The notes under the pieces were generated by a model. The model saw nothing but the letters and a program-made list of their open reading frames with translations, was not told the DNA's origin and ran no database searches. Of a stretch of 64,000 nucleotides of DNA, positions 40,478 to 48,607 are shown piece after piece. The position numbers and the translations under genes were made by a program. The DNA is from an uncultured Bacteroidota bacterium (lineage in GTDB: Bacteria; Bacteroidota; Bacteroidia; Flavobacteriales; Flavobacteriaceae), in NCBI GenBank assembly GCA_903839195.1, contig CAIMBK010000070.1, forward strand, positions 5,557-69,556, written 5' to 3'. Numbering within the stretch: the first letter of the stretch is position 1; each line of letters begins with the position of its first letter.

Positions 40478-41388
40478 TATTTATTATTTATTTTCGAAGT
40501 TATAAAAGCAATAATTTCCTCTTTATTTGTTAAAAAATCAAACCATTTTGTAGTTTCATTTCTTTTGAACCAAGTGAGTTGTCGTTTTGCAAATCTTCGC
40601 GTGTTTTTCTTGATTTCTTCAACAGCAAAATCTAAAGATGTTTTTCCTTCCAAATAATCGAATAATTCTCTGTAACCAACGGTTTGTAAAGCATTTAATT
40701 CTTTATTTGGAAATAAATTTTCGGTTTCTGCCAATAAACCTTCTTTCATCATAATGGTAACGCGCTGGTTGATTCGATCATAAATTATTGGTCGTTCCGC
40801 TTCCAATCCAATGAGAATTGGTGTGAAATTTCGCTGGTTTTTCTTTTGGTTTAAATAGGAAGAATAGGGCTTTCCGCTTCCAATTGATACTTCCAAAGCC
40901 CGCATCATTCGTTGTGGATTTTCTTTGGCTACAATTGAATAATAAATCGGGTCGTGAATTTCTAACTCCGTTTGTAAATAGGAAATTCCATTTTTTTCGT
41001 AATTGGATTTCACTTCTTCCCGAACGGATAATTCAATTTCTGGAAAATCATCCAATCCATTCAAAATGGTATTTAAATATAGTCCAGAACCTCCAACCAA
41101 AACGGCAAAATCATTAGTAAGAAACAATTCGTCTAATTTTGATAGCGCCTCTTTTTCAAAATCGCCAACGGTATAATTTTCGACAATCGATTTGTTTTGT
41201 ATAAAATGATGCTTCGCCGAAGCCAATTCTTCCTGACTTGGAACCGCAGTTCCGATGGACATTTCTTTGAAAAATTGTCTCGAATCGCAGGAAATAATTT
41301 CGCATTCAAAATGATTGGCTATTTGAATACTCAATGCTGTTTTTCCGATGGCGGTTGGCCCTAAAATACAAATCAAAAACTTTGACAT
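40477..41388 (-). CDS. miaA: tRNA dimethylallyltransferase
   Basis: 303 aa with GPTAIGKTALSI, DSRQFFKEMSIGTA and RRFAKRQLTWFKR motifs. Confidence 0.95.
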   Translation of the reverse strand: MSKFLICILGPTAIGKTALSIQIANHFECEIISCDSRQFFKEMSIGTAVPSQEELASAKHHFIQNKSIVENYTVGDFEKEALSKLDELFLTNDFAVLVGGSGLYLNTILNGLDDFPEIELSVREEVKSNYEKNGISYLQTELEIHDPIYYSIVAKENPQRMMRALEVSIGSGKPYSSYLNQKKNQRNFTPILIGLEAERPIIYDRINQRVTIMMKEGLLAETENLFPNKELNALQTVGYRELFDYLEGKTSLDFAVEEIKKNTRRFAKRQLTWFKRNETTKWFDFLTNKEEIIAFITSKINNK

Positions 41389-41390
41389 CT

Positions 41391-42752
41391 CTAGAATTTT
41401 CTAATTTTGACCGTTTTACTTCTTCTAATATGACTTTGAATAATGGTTTTTGTATCCCGATTATTTTGCATTGGAATTAGAATATTTTTTAGAATTTCGA
41501 TGGTATTTATTTGAAAATTCAATTCATAAAAAGCATATCCTCTATAAATTCCATTTTCAATCAAAACAGCGCTTCGTTCACTTGTGGTTCTTCCTTTGTC
41601 AATAATTACCATATTTTCGCTTTCAAAAAGATGTTTTTGAACAAACGTAGTAACTCTTTCATTATATTCCAAAGGACTAATTTTTCCAATACAAGCGCCA
41701 TCACATTCCTTTATTTTAAATTGAAAACATTCCTTCGATGTTTGATAAAGACCCGTAAATTTTTGACATAATTCATGTTCGGAAGTAATTCGAAACAAAG
41801 CATTTTTTCCCTCTTCCAAACTTGCGAACGCAATTATTTCTTTTTTTCGACCATCTGCTTTTTGCAATTTTAAATTCAAATAACCATTCGTATCCATTTC
41901 AGAATACAAAGCCCATTGAAAAATATTTTTTCGTTGCGCTCTGTTTAATTTTGGTTTGTTGATTTTTATTTCTTCGCTTTCTTTCAATAAGGCAATCAAT
42001 TCGCTTCCAGTTTCTTCATATCCAACGCGATATACCATCGATTGGATTTTCTTACATTTTGTATTTGACCCCGTAAAATGTTGATTGATTCTCTTTTTAA
42101 TATTGTTGCTTTTGCCAATATAAATCAGATTTCCGTCTTCATCATAAATATAATAAATGCCTGTTTTTGAAGGTAAACTTGTAATAATGTCTAATAATTT
42201 AGGCTCAATTCCTTTTTCAACTTCGGTTTTGATTAATTCATTTAGAATCTCCTTTTGAATGTCTTTTGCTAATAAAAGTTTAAAAAGTTTGACTGTTGCC
42301 ATTGCGTCACCGCTAGCTCGATGTCGATCGGTCATTGGGATTCCTAAAGCTCGAACTAATTTTCCTAAACTGTGTGATTCTTGTTCGGGAAGTAATTTTT
42401 TAGATAATTCAACCGTACAAAGTGTTTTTACATTAAAATCATAGCCCAATCTTCTAAATTCTGTCCGAAGGATACGATAATCAAAAGAAGCATTATGGGC
42501 GACTAAAACGCAATCCGTTGTTATTTCAATAATGCGTTTGGCCACCTCAAAAAACTTTGGGGCAGATCGCAACATTGCATTATTTATTCCGGTAAGTTTT
42601 ACTACAAAAGGTTGAATTGGAATTTCGGGATTTATCAAACTAATAAATTGATCCACAACTTCATAGCCATCAAATTTGTAGATTGCGATTTCGGTTATGC
42701 CTTCTTCATTAAATTGGCCACCAGTGGTTTCTATGTCGAGTATAGCGTACAT
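41391..42752 (-). CDS. DnaQ-like 3'-5' exonuclease fused to a GIY-YIG nuclease domain
   Basis: It starts MYAILDIETTGG (Exo I) and has VAHNASFDYRIL (Exo II), HRASGDA (Exo III), and the GIY-YIG segment GIYYIYDEDGNLIYIGKSNNIKKRINQHF. About 180 aa of the C-terminus are unassigned. The track start at 42770 is a TTG. Confidence 0.85.
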   Translation of the reverse strand: MYAILDIETTGGQFNEEGITEIAIYKFDGYEVVDQFISLINPEIPIQPFVVKLTGINNAMLRSAPKFFEVAKRIIEITTDCVLVAHNASFDYRILRTEFRRLGYDFNVKTLCTVELSKKLLPEQESHSLGKLVRALGIPMTDRHRASGDAMATVKLFKLLLAKDIQKEILNELIKTEVEKGIEPKLLDIITSLPSKTGIYYIYDEDGNLIYIGKSNNIKKRINQHFTGSNTKCKKIQSMVYRVGYEETGSELIALLKESEEIKINKPKLNRAQRKNIFQWALYSEMDTNGYLNLKLQKADGRKKEIIAFASLEEGKNALFRITSEHELCQKFTGLYQTSKECFQFKIKECDGACIGKISPLEYNERVTTFVQKHLFESENMVIIDKGRTTSERSAVLIENGIYRGYAFYELNFQINTIEILKNILIPMQNNRDTKTIIQSHIRRSKTVKIRKF

Positions 42753-42754
42753 TT

Positions 42755-42850
42755 TCAATATCAATTTCAAAAATCAATGGCAATTTCAATACCAAAACTA
42801 AACATCAATTTTAAAATTGAAAATTGTAATTGCCATTGTAATTGTTATTG
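42755..42850. repeat. Hexamer microsatellite with two inverted halves: (TCAATN)n then (NNATTG)n
   Basis: 42755-42810 reads tcaata tcaatt tcaaaaa tcaatg gcaatt tcaata ... atcaat. 42814-42850 reads aaattg aaaattg taattg ccattg taattg ttattg. It abuts the stop codon of the four-helix-bundle gene. Confidence 0.8.
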
Positions 42851-42852
42851 AA

Positions 42853-43221
42853 TTACTTTTTGTTGTTTATCATTTTTGATGCGATTGCAATAAGTTCTTC
42901 AACTTCATTCAAAAGCCATTTTCTTTCTTCAAAATCGCCAGTTTTTATATATTCGAGAACTTTTAATGTATTTCTCGACTCTTTTAACTCCTTTACGGAT
43001 AAAGAAACTTTAAAAATAAAATCTTTATCAGTTATAGTTCCTTGTGCTTCGCCATAATTTAAGGAAGAACTTCCAGATGATCTAATGAGTTGATTTTTGT
43101 AATAATCGACTTCATAGGATTTTTCTAATTTTCTAACAAATAATATACATTCTCCAGCAAACCTTACTAAACAGTCTTCTAAATTGAATATTTTTTCAAA
43201 ATTTGGTTCATTAACTTCCAT
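42853..43221 (-). CDS. Four-helix-bundle protein (23S rRNA intervening-sequence protein / Avd-like family)
   Basis: 122 aa. The segments FAGECILFVRKLEKSYEVDYYKNQLIRSSGSSSLNYGEAQG and FIFKVSLSVKELKESRNTLKVL are typical of TIGR02436/PF05635-type proteins. Confidence 0.85.
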   Translation of the reverse strand: MEVNEPNFEKIFNLEDCLVRFAGECILFVRKLEKSYEVDYYKNQLIRSSGSSSLNYGEAQGTITDKDFIFKVSLSVKELKESRNTLKVLEYIKTGDFEERKWLLNEVEELIAIASKMINNKK

Positions 43222-43261
43222 TTCTTGTATTTTTTTGATTGGTGTGTATTTTTTTTAATTA

Positions 43262-43363
43262 CTATTGCTATTTATAATGCCATTGTCATTACCATTGATA
43301 TTGATATTGCAATTGATATTGCAATTGATATTGATATTGCCATTGCCATTGCCACTTCTGTTA
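43262..43363. repeat. In-phase hexamer microsatellite (NNATTG)x17
   Basis: The units are ctattg ctattt ataatg ccattg tcatta ccattg atattg atattg caattg atattg caattg atattg atattg ccattg ccattg ccactt ctgtta. It lies between the yggS stop and the four-helix-bundle gene start. Confidence 0.9.
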
Positions 43364-43392
43364 CCTTTTTAATCGCTTTTTGAAATTATTCG

Positions 43393-44052
43393 TTATCTTC
43401 CACCAAAGATACTACTTCCAATCCGAACCATCGAACTTCCGCATTCAATTGCGAGTTTATAATCGCCAGACATTCCCATGGATAGAATTGACAATTGACA
43501 ATTAACAATTGAAATAGCTTTTTTTGAATCAAAAATAGATTTCAAAAGCAGGAATTCTTTCTTTATTTGGCTTTGATTATTGGTAAAAGTTGCCATTCCC
43601 ATTAATCCCACAATTCTGATATTACTCATTGTTTTGAAGGAATCAGAATCTATTAAATGGTCTAATTCCTCTTCGTTTAAACCAAATTTAGTTTCTTCTT
43701 CGGCAATATGTATTTGAAGCAAACAATCAATTATTCGATTATTTTTTATAGCTTGTTTGTTGATTTCTTCTAATAATTTCAAGCTATCAACTCCGTGAAT
43801 CAAACTCACATAAGGCGCCATGTATTTTACTTTGTTCGTTTGAATGTGACCAATCATGTGCCATTGAATGTCTTTGGGCATTGCTTCCCATTTTTCGGTC
43901 ATTTCTTGGATTTTATTTTCACCAAAAATGCGTTGGTCAGCGTCATACGCTTCCATTAAATCGGAAATAGGTTTGGTTTTAGAAACCGCGACAAGGGTTA
44001 CATTTTTCGGTAATTCGGACTTAATTTCGAATAGATTTTCTTTTATTGACAT
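43393..44052 (-). CDS. yggS: YggS-family pyridoxal-phosphate homeostasis protein
   Basis: It has VAVSKTKP (the PLP lysine), HMIGHIQTNKVKY and LSMGMSGDY...VRIGSSIFG motifs. The track start at 44064 is a TTG, so the ATG at 44052 is preferred. Confidence 0.9.
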   Translation of the reverse strand: MSIKENLFEIKSELPKNVTLVAVSKTKPISDLMEAYDADQRIFGENKIQEMTEKWEAMPKDIQWHMIGHIQTNKVKYMAPYVSLIHGVDSLKLLEEINKQAIKNNRIIDCLLQIHIAEEETKFGLNEEELDHLIDSDSFKTMSNIRIVGLMGMATFTNNQSQIKKEFLLLKSIFDSKKAISIVNCQLSILSMGMSGDYKLAIECGSSMVRIGSSIFGGR

Positions 44053-44064
44053 ATAAATATTCAA

Positions 44065-44955
44065 TTATGAAAGAAATTGTTTTGCGATTTTTTCTGCTTT
44101 TTTACTTTCGGAATAATCATAGAAACCTTCACCGGATTTCGCGCCTAATTTCCCAGCGCGAACCATATTAACTAAAAGTGGGCAAGGAGCGTATTTTGGG
44201 TTTTTGAAGCCATCATACATCACATTTAAAATAGCCAAACAAACATCAAGCCCAATAAAATCTGCTAATTGCAAAGGCCCCATTGGATGTCCCATTCCGA
44301 GTTTCATCACGGTGTCAATTTCATAAACACCAGCCACTTTATTGTATAATGTTTCAATCGCTTCATTAATCATTGGCATCAAAATTCTATTGGCAACAAA
44401 TCCTGGATAATCATTCACTTCAACAGGCGTTTTGCCTAATTTCTCGGATAAATCCATAATGATTTTCGTAACTTCATCCGATGTGTTGTAGCCTCTAATT
44501 ATTTCTACCAATTTCATAATGGGCACAGGATTCATAAAGTGCATTCCGATAACTCGTTCAGGATGAGCTACTACGGCGCCTATTTGTGTAATTGAAATGG
44601 AAGAAGTATTGGTTGCCAAAATTGTATTGTGGGAACAAACTTCATTCAGTTGTTTGAATATATTTAGTTTTAATTCTACATTTTCTGTTGCAGCCTCAAC
44701 AACCAAATCAACCCCAACAACGCCATCTTTTAAGTCGGTATAGGTAATAATATTGGAAATTGTTTTGAATTTTTCCGCTTCAGAAATCGTTCCTTTTGCA
44801 ACCATTCGTTCCAAATTGGCAGCTATTGTTGCCATTCCTTTATCCAATGATTTTTCAGAAACATCAATTAATTTTACAGAGAAACCACTTTGTGCAAAAG
44901 TATGCGCAATTCCATTTCCCATTGTTCCTGCTCCGATAACGGCTATTGTTTTCAT
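44065..44955 (-). CDS. hbd: 3-hydroxybutyryl-CoA / 3-hydroxyacyl-CoA dehydrogenase
   Basis: 296 aa with the Rossmann motif IGAGTMGNGIA, plus HFMNPVPIMKLVEI and GFVANRIL motifs. Confidence 0.9.
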   Translation of the reverse strand: MKTIAVIGAGTMGNGIAHTFAQSGFSVKLIDVSEKSLDKGMATIAANLERMVAKGTISEAEKFKTISNIITYTDLKDGVVGVDLVVEAATENVELKLNIFKQLNEVCSHNTILATNTSSISITQIGAVVAHPERVIGMHFMNPVPIMKLVEIIRGYNTSDEVTKIIMDLSEKLGKTPVEVNDYPGFVANRILMPMINEAIETLYNKVAGVYEIDTVMKLGMGHPMGPLQLADFIGLDVCLAILNVMYDGFKNPKYAPCPLLVNMVRAGKLGAKSGEGFYDYSESKKAEKIAKQFLS

Positions 44956-44996
44956 AATTTTTTGATTTAATTTAATTGAAAGTTCAATGAAGAAAA

Positions 44997-45962
44997 TTAG
45001 TTCTCCATCGAATCAATAATCATATAGGCCAAACGCAAAGCTTCGGTTCCATCTTGTAAAGTTACAACAGGATTTGTGTTATTAATTATTGCGTCTGCAA
45101 AAGAATCCAATTCGTCTAAAATAGCATTATTGGGGGCAACTTCCGGATTTGCAAAATAAATTTGCTTTTTGATTCCTTCGGCATTTTGTAATATCATATC
45201 AAAATCACCAGGAACTTCGGGCGCATTTTTCATTTTTACCACTTCACATTTTTTCTCAAGAAAATCAATAGAAATATAAGCATCTTTTTGGAAGAATCGA
45301 GATTTACGCATATTTTTTAAGGAAATTCTGCTAGCTGTTAAATTGGCAACGCATCCATTTTCAAATTCAATTCTAGCATTAGCTATATCCGGTGTTTCAC
45401 TAATTACGGAAACGCCGCTGGCATGAACAATTTTTACTTTTGATTTAACCACGCTTAAAATAGCATCGATATCATGAATCATTAAATCCAAAACCACAGG
45501 CACATCGGTTCCTCGAGGATTAAATTCGGCCAATCGATGGGTTTCAATAAACATTGGGTTTTCAATCATATTTTTGGTCGCAATAAACGCCGGGTTAAAT
45601 CGTTCCACATGACCCACTTGCCCTTTAACGTTATATTCATTGGCCAAAGCAATAATTTCTTCCGCTTCTTCAACAGTATTTGAAATAGGTTTTTCAATAA
45701 AAACATGTTTGCCTGATTTTATGGCTACACGCGCACATTTATAATGCGAAAGAGTTGGAGTTACAATATCGATTACATCAACCGCATGAATCAATTTGGC
45801 AATAGTTTCAAATTGTTTGTAACCAAATTCCGCTGCAATTTTGGCGCCGTTTTCTTGATTTTCATCATAAAAACCAACCAATTCAAACTTCTCCGATTGT
45901 TGTAATAATCGCAAGTGTATTTTTCCGAGGTGACCAGCACCCAAAACGCCTACTTTTAGCAT
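44997..45962 (-). CDS. Gfo/Idh/MocA family oxidoreductase
   Basis: It starts MLKVGVLGAGHLGKIH with an N-terminal Rossmann fold, and has an EKP motif (VFIEKPIS). The track start at 45980 is a TTG. Confidence 0.85.
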   Translation of the reverse strand: MLKVGVLGAGHLGKIHLRLLQQSEKFELVGFYDENQENGAKIAAEFGYKQFETIAKLIHAVDVIDIVTPTLSHYKCARVAIKSGKHVFIEKPISNTVEEAEEIIALANEYNVKGQVGHVERFNPAFIATKNMIENPMFIETHRLAEFNPRGTDVPVVLDLMIHDIDAILSVVKSKVKIVHASGVSVISETPDIANARIEFENGCVANLTASRISLKNMRKSRFFQKDAYISIDFLEKKCEVVKMKNAPEVPGDFDMILQNAEGIKKQIYFANPEVAPNNAILDELDSFADAIINNTNPVVTLQDGTEALRLAYMIIDSMEN

Positions 45963-45978
45963 AAAGTATATTTTTAAC

Positions 45979-46038
45979 AAAAATAGAAATTAATTAATAA
46001 TTGGTAATTGATAATTGGTAATTTGTTTTCTATTTTTA
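45979..46038. repeat. Heptamer array (TRRTAAT, about 5 units) bracketed by an 11-bp inverted repeat
   Basis: aaaaatagaaa (45979-45989) and tttctattttt (46028-46038) are exact reverse complements. Between them lies ttaattaataattggtaattgataattggtaatttgt with period 7. The element sits in the divergent promoter region between the Gfo/Idh/MocA gene and pcm. Confidence 0.8.
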
Positions 46039-46060
46039 CATAATTAAATAAAAACCCAAA

Positions 46061-46702
46061 TTGAAAGATACTGCGAAACACCAAGGACTTAGAAATCAAC
46101 TAGCCAAACTCCTCGAATCAAAAGGAATTACAGATAAAAATGTTTTGAATGCCATTGGTAAAATCCCAAGGCATCTTTTTTTGAATTCAAGTTTTGAAGA
46201 TTATGCCTATCAAGATAAAGCATTTCCAATTGGATCAGGACAAACCATATCGCAGCCATATACGGTAGCGTTTCAAAGTCAACTTTTGGAAGTTAAAAAA
46301 GGACATAAAGTATTAGAAATTGGCACAGGAAGCGGTTATCAAACGGCAGTTTTGGTTGCAATGGGCGCAATGGTTTATTCCATTGAACGTCAAAATGAAT
46401 TATTCAAAACAACTTCTTTGTTGTTGCCGAAGTTAGGCATACGAACCAAACATTTATCTTTTGGTGATGGATATAAAGGACTTCCAAACCACGCGCCATT
46501 TGACAGCATTATTGTTACAGCCGGAGCGCCAATTATCCCAAAACCATTAATGGCACAATTGAAAATTGGTGGAAGACTTGTAATTCCTGTTGGTGATGAA
46601 AACCAAATCATGACACTATTAATCCGAAAAAATGAAACGCAGTTCGAAAAACATGAATTTGGTGATTTTAAGTTTGTTCCTTTATTAGAAAATAAAAATT
46701 AA
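46061..46702 (+). CDS. pcm: Protein-L-isoaspartate O-methyltransferase
   Basis: 213 aa with GQTISQPYTVA and VLEIGTGSGYQTAVL motifs. It appears to use a TTG start, with no nearby in-frame ATG. Confidence 0.9.
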   Translation: MKDTAKHQGLRNQLAKLLESKGITDKNVLNAIGKIPRHLFLNSSFEDYAYQDKAFPIGSGQTISQPYTVAFQSQLLEVKKGHKVLEIGTGSGYQTAVLVAMGAMVYSIERQNELFKTTSLLLPKLGIRTKHLSFGDGYKGLPNHAPFDSIIVTAGAPIIPKPLMAQLKIGGRLVIPVGDENQIMTLLIRKNETQFEKHEFGDFKFVPLLENKN

Positions 46703-46729
46703 TACCCAGTTAGAAAATCCAACCGGGTA
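46703..46729. terminator. Hairpin between the convergent pcm and Fic genes
   Basis: tacccagtt / agaaaatcc / aaccgggta forms a 9-bp stem with one mismatch. Confidence 0.5.
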
Positions 46730-46733
46730 GTAT

Positions 46734-47822
46734 TTATTGACTGATAATGGAAATATAGCGTTCCAAGCTTTCTTTCTCAATTTGAGCAATGAAAACTAAA
46801 AAATCTTCTTTGTTTCCTTTGGTTTGAGCTGTTTCTAAAGCAGAATAATAAGCTATTCGATTATCATAATCACCTTTAATATTGGCAATAATATAGCCAT
46901 GTTGTAATAAAACTAAATTCATTAGCAAACGAGAAGTTCTTCCGTTTCCATCAATAAATGGATGAATAGTAACCAATCTTTCATGGAGTTCTGCGGCCAA
47001 AACAATTGGATGCAATTGATTTTTATTTAAATCATACCAAATGAAAAAATCTTCCATTTCTTTGCCAATTAGATAAGGTTGCGGCGGCATGTGGCTGCTT
47101 CCTTTAATCATAACTTGAACTTTTCTATAACGACCCGCATCTTCTGGGTGAATTCCTCTCAGAATTAAATTATGAATGGATAATAATTCACGCTCATTTA
47201 TTAGGCTGTTTTTCGCCATTAGTTGTTTAATGTAAGCAATGGCTTCTTGATGATTAATAGCTTCCAAATGCTCGCGCATGCTTTTTCCAGAAATAGTTAA
47301 TCCTTCATTAATAACCAAATCGGTTTCGCGAAGCGTCATCGTATTTCCTTCAATTCGATTGCTTTCAAACGTATATTCGAGTTCCAAAGCTTGTGCAATT
47401 CTATAACTATCAAATTGTCTAAAATTGTTTAAAGTTGATCTTAAGGAATCAATTTCTTCTAATAACGTGGTCAAATTCTTTGAAAGCGTTTTTTTAGAAA
47501 CGGAATAGCCTTTTTCAATTTCTTCGCGCACTTGATTAATCGCTATTAAAGCCAAATTTTCATCACGAATTTCATATAGAATTCGTTCTTTGATCCAGGC
47601 AATCATTAGAATTTCCAAATCAATCTCTAACTCAGAAGCTAATTTTATAACTTGTTCTTTTGTTGGTTTTCGGGTGCCGCTTTCGAATTTACTGATCAAA
47701 GCCTGATCAATCGATAACAATTGGGCTAATTCTCTAGTTTTTAGACCTTTTTTTTCTCTTGCGGTTTTTAATAAATTTTTCATAATACAGTTGTCTAATA
47801 TTGTCTTGACAAATTTAGTCAT
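46734..47822 (-). CDS. HTH (XRE-type) domain fused to a class II Fic (AMPylase-type) domain
   Basis: 362 aa. The N-terminus is LKTAREKKGLKTRELAQLLSIDQALISKFESGTRKPT. The inhibitory-helix motif S-N-R-I-E-G occurs in FESNRIEGN, and the Fic active site is HPFIDGNGRTSR. An alternative ATG lies at 47783. Confidence 0.9.
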   Translation of the reverse strand: MTKFVKTILDNCIMKNLLKTAREKKGLKTRELAQLLSIDQALISKFESGTRKPTKEQVIKLASELEIDLEILMIAWIKERILYEIRDENLALIAINQVREEIEKGYSVSKKTLSKNLTTLLEEIDSLRSTLNNFRQFDSYRIAQALELEYTFESNRIEGNTMTLRETDLVINEGLTISGKSMREHLEAINHQEAIAYIKQLMAKNSLINERELLSIHNLILRGIHPEDAGRYRKVQVMIKGSSHMPPQPYLIGKEMEDFFIWYDLNKNQLHPIVLAAELHERLVTIHPFIDGNGRTSRLLMNLVLLQHGYIIANIKGDYDNRIAYYSALETAQTKGNKEDFLVFIAQIEKESLERYISIISQ

Positions 47823-47846
47823 ATTTTTAAATAAAAAAAAACTTTT

Positions 47847-48299
47847 TCAGAAATTTTTCTTAATTCGGTCCAAATCGCGTTTGGTATCTTGTTCTTTCAA
47901 GGATTCCCTTTTATCAAAAGTCTTTTTTCCTTTGCAAAGTCCAATTTCAAGTTTGGCCATTCCTTTTTCATTCGTAAATAATTTTAGTGGAACAATGGTT
48001 AATCCTTTGGCTTGAACATTTCGGGCTAATCCTTTTAATTCACGTTTGTTTAGAAGTAATTTTCGTTCGCTTCTGGCTTTATGATTAAATTGATTTCCAA
48101 AAGCATATTCTTCAATGTAAGTATTGATTGCGAAGAGTTCGTTATTACTAAATTCGCAAAAACTCTCCGTAATATTTGCCTTTCCAAGTCGAATAGATTT
48201 TATTTCGGTTCCAGCCAAAACAATTCCAGCCGTGAATTTTTCGATAATTTCATAATCGAATTTGGCTCTTTTGTTAAGTATGTTGATTGTTTTTAGCAT
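47847..48299 (-). CDS. smpB: SsrA-binding protein SmpB
   Basis: The protein runs from MLKTINILNKRAKFDYEI through ...GTEIKSIR... to ...RKLLLNKRELK. The track start at 48371 adds a hydrophobic non-homologous extension. Confidence 0.9.
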   Translation of the reverse strand: MLKTINILNKRAKFDYEIIEKFTAGIVLAGTEIKSIRLGKANITESFCEFSNNELFAINTYIEEYAFGNQFNHKARSERKLLLNKRELKGLARNVQAKGLTIVPLKLFTNEKGMAKLEIGLCKGKKTFDKRESLKEQDTKRDLDRIKKNF

Positions 48300-48369
48300 A
48301 GCTTTGCAAATGTAGCAACAAATCATCAAAGACCAATAATATATAATGAAATTGGCATAAAATTGAATC

Positions 48370-48600
48370 ATGGAGAAACCAAAGTCAAAAGATCCACTTC
48401 ACGGAATTACGCTTCAAAAAATAGTTGAAACTCTAGTCGATTATTATGGTTTTGATACTTTAGGTGAATTAATAAAAATAAAGTGTTTTACTGAAAACCC
48501 AAGTGTAAAATCAAGTTTGACCTTTCTAAGAAAAACCGATTGGGCTCGAAAAAAAGTCGAAGAATTGTATCTTATTACGTTGCCAAAATTATATAAATAG
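48370..48600 (+). CDS. VF530/DUF2132 family small DNA-binding-like protein
   Basis: 76 aa. DPLHGITLQKIVETLVDYYGF..L......KCF...PS.KSSL.FLRKT.WAR.KVE.LY is typical of DUF2132. Confidence 0.7.
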   Translation: MEKPKSKDPLHGITLQKIVETLVDYYGFDTLGELIKIKCFTENPSVKSSLTFLRKTDWARKKVEELYLITLPKLYK

Positions 48601-48607
48601 TATAGGA

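Noticed and set aside
42853-43221. The four-helix-bundle (Avd-like) gene as part of a diversity-generating retroelement.
   Set aside because: There is no reverse transcriptase ORF within the window, and I noticed no template/variable repeat pair with adenine-specific differences.
43487-43514. The heptamer array inside yggS as a recent in-frame repeat insertion.
   Set aside because: The spacing between the conserved F..L helix and LSMGMS (22 aa) matches what I recall for other YggS/YlmE proteins, so there is no extra length. The segment is translated (AISIVNCQLSIL). I mention it only as part of the local AATTG-core cluster.
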